NCBI GenBank assembly: GCA_002269645.1
Contig: NIVC01003049.1
Location: 1-64,000, forward strand
DNA from: Macrostomum lignano
Lineage: Eukaryota
Direction of reading: 5' to 3'
Length of the DNA: 64,000 nt
The notes under the pieces are model-generated. The model was given only the letters and a program-made list of their open reading frames with translations, had not been told where the DNA came from and made no database searches. The translations under genes were made by a program, and so were the position numbers. Shown here piece after piece: positions 15,028-24,822 of the stretch; the first letter of the stretch is position 1, and every line of letters begins with the position of its first letter.

Positions 15028-15105
15028 GGTGGCGGAGGACCGCGCACTTTTCACAGCAGCAATCGAGAACTGCCGCCAAGATTTCGCAAAGCGCAAGGCC
15101 AATAA
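14245..15105 (+). CDS. Terminal coding exon of the same uncharacterised protein (His pair, coiled-coil-like segment, poly-G/Q, RG-rich tail)
   Basis: Acceptor GCAG|GTC at 14244 joins the previous exon in frame (..GLQ|VKLPSVSAHLSSDNH..). Stop TAA at 15103-15105 overlaps AATAAA at 15101-15106. Confidence 0.82.
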
Positions 15106-15411
15106 ATCTGCGACACTGACAGCAGTTTAGCAGTGATCGACTGCGCTGAGGACTGCTGGCTGAATGCTGGACTTGATGCTCCATTTAATGTTATTTTCTT
15201 CCTGCATCTGAGCCCGTGCGGCCAGGCGATTCTTTCATTGGTTTTTACTATCTATGTTTATTTTTATATCGATAATTCCCCTATAACCCTACAGTATCTG
15301 TATGCTGCGTTTGTCCACGTTGAAGGTCAGCATGCGCCAGCTCCAGCGCTGCTGTTAAAAAGGATGTCATTTTGTGGGATTGTTGGTCCCGTCTGTATTT
15401 GCTGACCTCTC

Positions 15412-15513
15412 AGGTTGTCTGTCTATCTGTCTGTCTGTCTTAGTTTCTGTCTCAGTGTCTGTTTGTCTGTCTGTCTCAGTGTCTGTCTGTCTGTCTGTCT
15501 CAGTGTCTGTTTA

Positions 15514-15553
<40 letters not shown>

Positions 15554-15635
15554 AGTGTCTGTCTATCTGTGTGTCTGTCTTAGTTTCTGTCTCAGTGTCT
15601 GTCTGTCTCAGTGTCTGTCTCAGTGTCTGTCTTAG

Positions 15636-15684
<49 letters not shown>

Positions 15685-15701
15685 TAGTGTCTGTCTATCT
15701 A

Positions 15702-15736
<35 letters not shown>

Positions 15737-15838
15737 GTCTCAGTGTCTGTCTGCCTGTCTGTCAGTCTCTCTGTTTGTCTGTCTGTTTCAGTGTCTGTCT
15801 GTCTGTTTGTCTGTTTGTCCGTCTGTCTGTCTGTCTGA
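15412..15838. repeat. (CTGT)n microsatellite with CTCAGT and CTTAGT variants
   Basis: Direct reading. Confidence 0.95.
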
Positions 15839-16496
15839 ATGTCTCCGCCCGGCTGTCTCTTTCCTACTTGCCTGCTATCAATTCCAATAAATCTTTTTGA
15901 CCTTCGTTGCAGACGGAATGAGTTTTGATTTCTCATCCGCTTTTTTCTATTTTAAACTTCTACCTACTAGCTAGAAGCAAAAGAAAAACAAAAGCAATGA
16001 AAGGGCAGCTGGAGGCCCGGCTGGGCACTGCACCGGGGGGGGGGGTCTGGGCGGCCTCAACAAAGTTGCATAGTCTTCACGATTCAGTGTAAATATTTTC
16101 AGCTAATTGTTAATCTCTTAGCGTGTAATTATCTTAGCGTTTATACGTTTAAATCGGTGCCAAGATTATGGTGAAGCTTAGGCTAAAATGCCGATGCTGG
16201 TAACTAAGGCAGATGCTCTGCCTCTCATTCATTCATTTCCCAACTGTTCTCCTATTTTTTCCGGTGTTTTTGCTCGGTTTTGTGTTTCGCTCACTGTTGC
16301 GGTCCAACCTTGAATGCCCCCTTCCCATTGAAGTTGTGCGCTAATTTCGATAAATAATATTTTTGTCTGGCTGGCTTGGCGTCAGGCTGACTCGGCTGTA
16401 ATAATCTCTTGTCTAATCCCTGTGCAGACCGCCGCTCTCTGACTCGCTTCTTCTATTGGACTGTAATCATGGGGCACGCGGCACGCCTTCCTCCTT

Positions 16497-17225
16497 TGTC
16501 TACCCGCCCCCATCTACCTGTCCCCATCTACCTGTCCCCATCTACCTGTCCCCATCTACCTGTCCCCATCTACCTGTCCCCATCTACCTGTCCCCATCTA
16601 CCTGTCCCCATCTACCCGTCCCCATCTACCTGTCCCCATCTACCTGTCCCCATCTACCTGTCCCCATCTACCTGTCCCCATCTACCCGTCCCCATCTACC
16701 CGTCCCCATCTACCTGTCCCCATCTACCTGTCCCCATCTACCTGTCCCCATCTACCCGTCCCCATCTACCTGTCCCCATCTACCCGCCACCATCTACCTG
16801 TCCCCCATATACCTGTCCCCCATCTACCTGTCCCCATCTACCTGTCCCCCATCTACCTGTCCCCATCTACCTGTCCCCATCTACCCGCCACCATCTACCT
16901 GTCCCCATCTACCTGTCCCCATCTACCTGTCCCCATCTACCTGTCCCCATCTACCTGTCCCCATCTACCCGTCCCCATCTACCCGTCCCCATCTACCTGT
17001 CCCCATCTACCTGTCCCCATCTACCTGACCCCATCTACCTGTCCCCATCTACCTGTCCCCATCTACCTGTCCCCATCTACCTGTCCCCATCTACCTGTCC
17101 CTATTCACCTGTCCCCATCTACCTGTCCCCATCTACCTGTCCCTATTCACCTGTCCCCATCTACCTGTCCCCCATCTACCTGTCCCTGTTCACCTGTCCC
17201 CATCTATCTGTCCCCATCTACCATC
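16497..17225. repeat. 14-bp minisatellite (TCCCCATCTACCTG)n
   Basis: Direct reading; explains the PHLPVPIYLSPST ORFs. Confidence 0.96.
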
Positions 17226-17748
17226 TACCCTACCACAGCAGCGTGAACTGGCGTACTCGCTCACTTTATGAGTGTCATGGACCTCTGAAATAAAAAGTTC
17301 AGTTAATGCCACTTGGGAGTAGCTAATTTCGGCTTATGAGAAGAACAATATGAAAATGAAACTTTCACTGCACAACTATATAAAAGTACAGCAGAGTAAC
17401 ATGCTGTACGTGCTAAATTATTAGAATAATTAAGAAGAAATACGGCCTGTTATACTACCGTGGTCCTGGAATTTTGTGTGCCTGCGTTGCTCCGTCCCTG
17501 TGCAGCAAATCCTCCCTTGTAGTTTTTCTGTTAATCAGCCCTCCCGTTCCTTGCTTTACCTCTACAAGACTAAAAAGACTTGTCTATGGCGGAACCAACC
17601 CCTCTACATGTAGTTCTAGCTGAAATAAACTTTTGAACTCAAAGCGTTCATCGAGGAAGATTCGTGCTTGGGAGTTTCAATCAGCAACGGAGTTCGAACG
17701 AAGCAGCTCGGCGGAACCAGAGCTGAGCGGCTGTTTGAAGCAGCTTGA

Positions 17749-17952
17749 ATGCCATTTTGCCAGCCTGCCTGCTTTTGCTTTTTTCTGCTGCTGGCCTGCA
17801 TGCTGATCAGCCCGACCCTGCAGCAGAGAAGGGCGCCGATCACCTGCTACAATGCCACCAAATTTGCTGATCCCCGTGGCAACATGACCTGCGAGGATGG
17901 AGTCAACACCTGCTACGAATATGTGTATGGCTACCACGGAGTCAGCCACTTG
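17749..17952 (+). CDS. Exon 1 of a secreted, GPI-anchored protein with two Ly6/uPAR-like (three-finger) domains
   Basis: ATG, hydrophobic signal peptide (MPFCQPACFCFFLLLACMLISPTLQ), then ITCYNAT..MTC..NTCYEY. Donor TTG|GTAGGG, phase 0. Confidence 0.8.
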
Positions 17953-17964
17953 GTAGGGCGCTGC

Positions 17965-19390
17965 TCTGATCCCCTCGGATCCCTGCTCTCACTGCACTGA
18001 TCCCTCAGATCCCTGCTCTCGCTGCTCTGATCCCCTCGGATCCCTGCTCTCACTGCACTGATCCCTCAGATCCCTGCTCACATTGCACTGATCCCCTCAG
18101 ATCCCTGCTCACATTGCACTGATCCCCTCAGATCCCTGCTCTCACTGCACTGATCCCTCAGATCCCTGCTCTCGCTGCTCTGATCCCCTCGGATCCCTGC
18201 TCTCACTGCTCTGATCCCCTCGGATCCCTGCTCTCACTGCACTGATCCCTCAGATCCCTGCTCACATTGCACTGATCCCCTCAGATCCCTGCTCTCACTG
18301 CACTGATCCCTCAGATCCCTGCTCACATTGCACTGATCCCCTCAGATCCCTGCTCTCACTGCACTGATCCCTCAGATCCCTGCTCACATTGCACTGATCC
18401 CCTCAGATCCCTGCTCTCACTGCACTGATCCCTCAGATCCCTGCTCACATTGCACTGATCCCTCAGATCCCTGCTCTCACTGCACTGATCCCTCAGATCC
18501 CTGCTCTCACTGCACTGATCCCTCAGATCCTTGCTCTCACTGCACTGATCCCTCAGATCCCTGCTCTCACTGCACTGATCCCTCAGATCCCTGCTCTCAC
18601 TGCACTGATCCCTCAGATCCTTGCTCTCATTGCACTGATCCCTCAGATCCCTGCTCTCATTGCTCTGATCCCTCAGATCCCTGCTCTCACTGCACTGATC
18701 CCTCAGATCCCTGCTCTCACTGCACTGATCCCTCAGATCCCTGCTCTTACTGCACTGATCCCCTCAGTTCCCTGCTCTCACTGCACTGATTCCCTCAGAT
18801 CCCTGCTCTCACTGCACTGATTCCCTCAGATCCCTGCTCACTCACACTACACTAATCCCCTCAGATCCCTGCTCACTCACACTACACTAATCCCCTCAGA
18901 TCCCTGCTCACTCACACTACACTAATCCCCTCAGATCCCTGCTCACTCACACTACACTAATCCCCTCAGATCCCTGCTCACTCACACTACACTAATCCCC
19001 TCAGATCCCTGCTCACTCATACTACACTGATCCCCTCAGATCCCTGCTCACTCATACTACACTGATCCCCTCAGATCTCTGCTCACTCACACTACACTGA
19101 TCCCCTCAGATCCCTGCTCACTCACACTACACTAATCCCCTCAGATCCCTGCTCTCACTGCACTGATCCCCTCAGATCCCTGCTCACTCACACTACACTA
19201 ATCCCCTCAGATCCCTGCTCACTCACACTACACTGATCCCCTCAGATCCCTGCTCACTCACACTACACTAATCCCCTCAGATCCCTGCTCACTCACACTA
19301 CACTAATCCCCTCAGATCCCTGCTCTCACTGCACTGATCCCCTCAGATCCCTGCTCACTCACACTACACTGATCCCCTCAGATCCCCGCT
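17965..19390. repeat. Intronic minisatellite of about 30 bp (CTGATCCCTCAGATCCCTGCTCTCACTGCA) with drifting variants
   Basis: Direct reading; begins about 12 nt after the exon 1 donor. Confidence 0.95.
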
Positions 19391-19547
19391 CTTATCTAGT
19401 ACATAATACGCTGTCTTGAAGAGAGCCTCAAAGCCCCTGCGCTAACGTATGTCGCGCCACCGACCGAATCCAAGCGCCGAGTGCCTGTGGGGTGCCTGCA
19501 GCGTCATCGGCAGCTGCAATTTCACGGGCTATGGGCAGTACGGCTCG

Positions 19548-20370
19548 ACAACAACAACAACAACAGAGTACGCTGCCGGATCACAAAAGCAACGTCAGAT
19601 GGCACGCTTCGAAGCCTGGGCGCGAACAAAGGCCGCATCGCCGGCAGAGTCCGGGGCGCCGGCGTCAGCCAGCAGACAGTCGACGTAGCGCCGTGTCCTC
19701 GCTTGTCCCCGCCGGTAGGGTGCCTGCAACGTAAGTAGCAGCACCTCCTGCACCGGCTCCGGACAGTAGGCCTCGGCGCGGATGACGTGGCCTGCCAGCT
19801 GGAGTCGCCCACGGCGCAGCAGATCGCTAGGACGGGCCAGGCCGGCGCGATGGTAGAGCGCCGTGTTGGTGACTCGCTCGTTGCCGATCTTGAAGGCGGC
19901 GCGCAGCAGGCCAGCGTGCGCCGCGTCGACTTGAGCCTCGAGCGAGTCTGTCAGCGTCCAGGTCTCGGCGTTGTATAACAGGACGGTTTCGATCACCGCC
20001 TGGAACAGCGCCGCCCTCTGGCGGTCCGGTAGGGCCTCGGACTGCAGGACTGACCTTATAGAACGAAAGGCAGCCCAGGCAAGTCCTCGGCGACGCCGCA
20101 GATCCTCGCGAACGTCGGGAACCAGACCGCCGAGGTAGACGAGCCCGCCAGCTGGAGTCGCCGACGGCGCAACAGATCGCTTAGGCGGACCTGACTCCCT
20201 GGTCGCCGATCTTTTGAAGGCGGCCTCTGGTAGTCAGGAGGGTCTCAGACTGAAGGCAGCCGATGTAGATCCTCGCGGACGTCGGGAACCAGACCACCGA
20301 GGTAGACGAACTGCTGAAATCGCAGCCTCGATGTCGTCTTCTGCGTACAGTTGAACATCAGGCCGACACC
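19548..20370 (-). mobile_element. 5-prime-truncated RTE-clade non-LTR retrotransposon (C-terminal region) plus a deleted second copy
   Basis: Minus-strand YLGGLVPDVREDLRRRRGLAWAAF...LLYNAETWTL...RLQLAGHVIR, typical of the RTE ORF C-terminus. (TTG)n 3-prime tail at 19548-19565. Region 20141-20370 repeats parts of the element with deletions. Confidence 0.88.
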
Positions 20371-20459
20371 TCCATTCCCACATCCCAACTCGCAGCACTG
20401 ATTCTCAACGATATCCCAGCTCACTCAGCCCCAATCCTCACACTACGGACACCCCGCAG

Positions 20460-20705
20460 ACGTACACGGCGGGCTGCGGCGGCCGGATCAAAGCCTCGTA
20501 CAGCGGCGCCAACGGACCAGTGGATGAGTACATCTCCAACTGCCACGGCAAGGATCTCTGCAACCAGAAGCTGTGGAAGCGGCTCCATGCAGACTACCGC
20601 TTCTGCCTCTACGCCAAGGTCTCCCGGGTGGAGCCCACTGAGTCCGTAATCTGCCCGCCCGGCGAGCACCGCTGCTTCTACGAGAAATCCGCCTCCCGCC
20701 TGCCG
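20460..20705 (+). CDS. Exon 2 of the Ly6/uPAR-like protein
   Basis: Acceptor CCGCAG|ACG, phase 0. TYTAGCGG...NCHGKDLCN ends domain 1, then RFC..VIC..HRC. Donor CCG|GTGAGC. Confidence 0.85.
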
Positions 20706-20777
20706 GTGAGCCTCTGGACTTCTATAGCATCCGGGAGACATTGTTTGTTGGGATACAAATTGATTGCTGCTGCTCCC

Positions 20778-21130
20778 TGACATTGTAGGTCATTTTATCC
20801 TATGGGATAAATTTTGGCCATGATCCCCTTAGTGACATTGTAGGTCATTTTATCCAATTAGATAAATTTTGGCCATGATCCCCTTAGTGACATTGTAGGT
20901 CATTTTATCCAATTAGATAAATTTTGGCCATGATCCCCTTAGTGACATTGTAGGTCATTTTATCCAATTAGATAAACTTTGGCCATGATCCCCTTAGTGA
21001 CATTGTAGGTCATTTTATCCAATTAGATAAATTTTGGCCATGATCCCCTTAGTGACATTGTAGGTCATTTTATCCAATTAGATAAATTTTGGCCATGATC
21101 CCCTTAGTGACATTGTATGTTATTTTAGGA
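20778..21130. repeat. 55-bp tandem repeat, about 6 copies, in intron 2
   Basis: TGACATTG at 20778, 20833, 20888 and onward. Confidence 0.95.
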
Positions 21131-21242
21131 TAAACTGAAGCTATAATCTCATTGATTCAAGATTATTATGTCATTCTAGATTATTTTCCCTATCTTAATA
21201 AGGGGATTCTGCAGGTCGCGCGCCCCATCCGCCCCTCTGCAG

Positions 21243-21476
21243 TTTTTCAACGCCGGCTGCGGCCCCTGCCCGGCCTACACCTTCAACTGCACCATCTGCC
21301 ACGCTGACGGGGTCTGCAATGCCACCTCGGGCGGCAGCATCCTGCACGATGACCCTCGGTCTGTGCAGGACTCCGCTGCGGGGATCGGCCCCGGCCTCGC
21401 CACCACCGCAGCGGCCGCCCTGGCCGCTCTGTGCTGCCGCCTGTTCGCCTCTATGGTCCTAGTTCGTCATCATTAG
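21243..21476 (+). CDS. Exon 3 of the Ly6/uPAR-like protein with a GPI-signal-like C-terminus
   Basis: Acceptor CTGCAG|TTT. FFNAGCGPCPAYTFNCTICHADGVCN ends domain 2, followed by small residues SAAG and the hydrophobic tail LATTAAAALAALCCRLFASMVLV. Stop TAG at 21474-21476. Spliced product 227 aa; this exon is absent from the ORF track. Confidence 0.85.
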   Translation, partial: FFNAGCGPCPAYTFNCTICHADGVCNATSGGSILHDDPRSVQDSAAGIGPGLATTAAAALAALCCRLFASMVLVRHH

Positions 21477-21479
21477 TTC

Positions 21480-21770
21480 TCCATTGCCTAATTCCCCATT
21501 GCCTAATTCCCCATTGCCTAATTCCCCACTGCCTAATTCCCCACTGCCTAATTCCCCACTGCCTAATTCCCCATTGCCTAATTCCCCATTGTCTAATTCC
21601 CCATTTCCTAATTCCCCACTGCCTAATTCCCCATTGCCTAATTCCCCACTGCCTAATTCCCCAATGCCTAATTCCCCATTTCCTAATTCCTCATTCCCTA
21701 ATTCCTCATTCCCTAATTCCCCATTCCCTAATTGCCCATTGCTAAACTCACTATTCCTTAATTCCTCATC
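21480..21770. repeat. 15-bp minisatellite (CCTAATTCCCCATTG)n just after the stop codon
   Basis: Direct reading. Confidence 0.95.
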
Positions 21771-22279
21771 CCTACCTGTAACTCCCCATGGATAATTTCC
21801 CGTCACAAATTCATGCTCCCCTAATGCTTCGTACAAACAAAACAGTTCGGTAGTAACATTCTGATTCCCCTCAGTAAATAGAGCTACTGAATTTCATTTG
21901 CTACTTAAACAAGCTTAGAAAATTTTCATATTCATAGCTTCAACAGTCAAAAGCCTACAGTATGCTTAGCCCATACTAGGTTTCTCAGCAAGGTTTTCCC
22001 TTCAAAAGTAACGAAAAAAATTGATTTAGCTCGCAGCTGCCGCCGTAAACGCAGTCTTCACTAACACACTGTACTATCTCGCACCTGCGCTAATGAACTC
22101 TCGTACGCTCTTGTACTCAAAACTGTGCCCGACTGGGTCTTTTGGATTATTTTTAAAGTAAAAAGTGAACGTGGAAAATACCAGCACCAGTCGTTCGCGG
22201 CATGAATGACGAACTGATGAATGATTTTTTACAATTGCCTCAAATTTAAAGTCTTTCTCTGCAGTAGATCAAAAACGGC

Positions 22280-23510
22280 GATCCTTTAGAAACTGTCTAA
22301 CGGTGACTTCATAGAAACTGTCTAACAATGATTCCTTAGAAACTGTCTAATGGCTATCCCTTAGAAACTGTCTAATGGCGATCCCTTAGAAACTGTCTAA
22401 TGGCGATCCCTTAGATACTGTCTAATGGCGATCCCTTAGAAACTGTCTAATGGCTATCCCTTAGAAACTGTCTAATGGCGATCCCTTAGAAACTGTCTAA
22501 TGGCGATCCCTTAGAAACTGTCTAATGGCGATCCCTTAGAAACTGTCTAATGGCGATCCCTTAGAAACTGTCTAATGGCGATCCCTTAGAAACTGTCTAA
22601 TGGCGATCCCTTAGAAACTGTCTAATGGCGATCCCTTAGAAACTGTCTAATGGCGATCCCTCAGATACGGTCTAATGGCAATCCCTTAGAAACTGTCCAA
22701 CGGTGACTTCTTAGAAACTGTCTAATGGCGATCCCTTAGAAACTGTCTAATGACGATCCCTTAGATACTGTCTAAAGGCGATCCCTTAGAAACTGTCTAA
22801 TGGTGATCCCTTAGATACTGTCGAATGACGAACCCTTAGAAACTGTCTAATGGCTATCCCTTAGAAACTGTCTAATGGCGATCCCTTAGATACTGTCTAA
22901 TGACGATCCCTTAGATACTGTCGAATGACGATCCCTTAGAAACTGTCTAATGGCTATCCCTTAGAAACTGTCTAACGGTGACTTCTTAGAAACTGTCTAA
23001 TGGCGATCCCTTAGAAACTGTCTAATGACGATCCCTTAGAAACTGTAACGACGATCCCTTAGATACTGTCTAATGACGATCCCTTAGAAACTGTAACGAC
23101 GATCCCTTAGAAACTGTCTAATGGCGATCCCTTAGATACTGTCTAATGGCGATCCCTCAGATACTGTCTAATGGCAATCCCTTAGAAACTGTCTAATGAC
23201 GATCCCTTAGAAACTGTCTAATGAGGATCCCTTAGAAAGTGTCTAATGACGGTCCCTTAGAAAATTTCGAATGACGATCCCTTAGAAACTGTCTAATGAG
23301 GATCCCTTAGAAACTGTCTAATGGCGATCCCTTAGAAACTGTCTAATGGCGATCCCTTAGAAACTGTCTAATGGCGATCCCTTAGATACTGTCTAATGGC
23401 GATCCCTCAGATACTGTCTAATGGCAATCCCTTAGAAACTGTCTAACGGTGACTTCTTAGAAACTGTCTAATTGCGATCCCTTAGAAACTGTCTAATGGC
23501 GATCCCTTCT
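22280..23510. repeat. 25-bp minisatellite (ATCCCTTAGAAACTGTCTAATGGCG)n
   Basis: TGGCG at 22501, 22526, 22551 (period 25). Confidence 0.96.
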
Positions 23511-23969
23511 GACCTCGTCTTAAAAAGTCGGCTGTCGTGCCACATTCGACCAACCCAAGGCGCAGGCAGTGTACATGCCTGACGATTGGAAATTCGGTGT
23601 CGCTGTACACCCTGTGTGAGCGTGTGTGCGTGACTGCGGGCCTGTGTACAGCGTTGGCGAGCTTGAATGCGCTCAGCAGTCAGCGGAACGGGGCAGAATT
23701 GCCTCAGCGCTGGCTGTGGGCCTAAATAAATATTTATTATATTTATGCTGAATATGCCACCGCCTCTCTGTCTCCCAGCCTGCGCAGATACCTGATTCCA
23801 AGCTTCGCTTGCAGGTCTACGAACTAAACTACGAGACTACGAGTATAAAATGTTAATCTCACCAGAAAATGCAGTGGAAAAAGTCACAGACAAATTCTGC
23901 TCGCCTGAAAACGCAACTCATAAAAATAGAATGATAGTCAAATCACCGAGAATCTAGTTTTAGATGGAT

Positions 23970-23974
23970 AGATG

Positions 23975-24042
<68 letters not shown>

Positions 24043-24043
24043 C

Positions 24044-24074
<31 letters not shown>

Positions 24075-24075
24075 C

Positions 24076-24106
<31 letters not shown>

Positions 24107-24107
24107 C

Positions 24108-24178
<71 letters not shown>

Positions 24179-24181
24179 CTA

Positions 24182-24214
<33 letters not shown>

Positions 24215-24327
24215 CACAGACAGACAGACAGACACTAAGACAGACAGACAGACACTAAGACAGATAGACAGACAGACTGACACTAAGACACTAAGACACT
24301 AATACAGACAGACAGACAGACGGACAG
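23970..24327. repeat. (GACA)n microsatellite with GACACTAA variants
   Basis: Direct reading. Confidence 0.96.
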
Positions 24328-24636
24328 ACGTTGTGCTTTGCATTAACCTGCAATTTTGTCTGGGTTCAGGTATCTTAGAAAAAACAGAGCTCGAAATTTA
24401 ACGCAGTTTGTGTGCCAATTTCTATTCGAAATTGTCAGCACTGAAAAGCATTTACCAATATTCGAGGTGCTTACATTTTACTTTATTGAATCCGAGAATA
24501 ATTTATTGTCTTTATTCAACAGCCAAATATTTTCGTTCTTGAAGTGCGAAGTATAGTTCGGAAATGTCAGACCATTTTTTCTTCTCCTGTAGGACTTGGC
24601 ATTTTAGCTCGTAATTAATGCTCTGACCAGCTCGTG

Positions 24637-24644
24637 TATATAAG
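24637..24644 (+). promoter_or_regulatory. Probable TATA box of the mucin gene
   Basis: TATATAAG about 70 nt upstream of the ATG at 24709. Confidence 0.5.
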
Positions 24645-24708
24645 GTGTCGAAGGCGGACTTCAGGCGCATGCTTCTAGTACTCAATATTGCTCAAATTTG
24701 GATTGGCA

Positions 24709-24736
24709 ATGAATGCTCGACACCTGCTGGCTGGGG
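24709..24736 (+). CDS. Exon 1 of a GPI-anchored mucin-like surface glycoprotein
   Basis: ATG AAT GCT CGA CAC CTG CTG GCT GGG G|GTAAGT. The 86-nt intron has branch-like CCTAAT and a CAG acceptor. The join gives signal peptide MNARHLLAGAIILALLQSAAP. Confidence 0.82.
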
Positions 24737-24822
24737 GTAAGTAAACCTGAGCTTTGGCTTCTTAGTATCTGTACGAGCACCTGCAGGTAACCTGCTTTAA
24801 ATCCTAATTTTCCGATCCCCAG

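Noticed and set aside
23537-23725. 62-aa ORF between the Ly6 and mucin genes
   Set aside because: It has a GTG start, no splice support and no recognisable motif.
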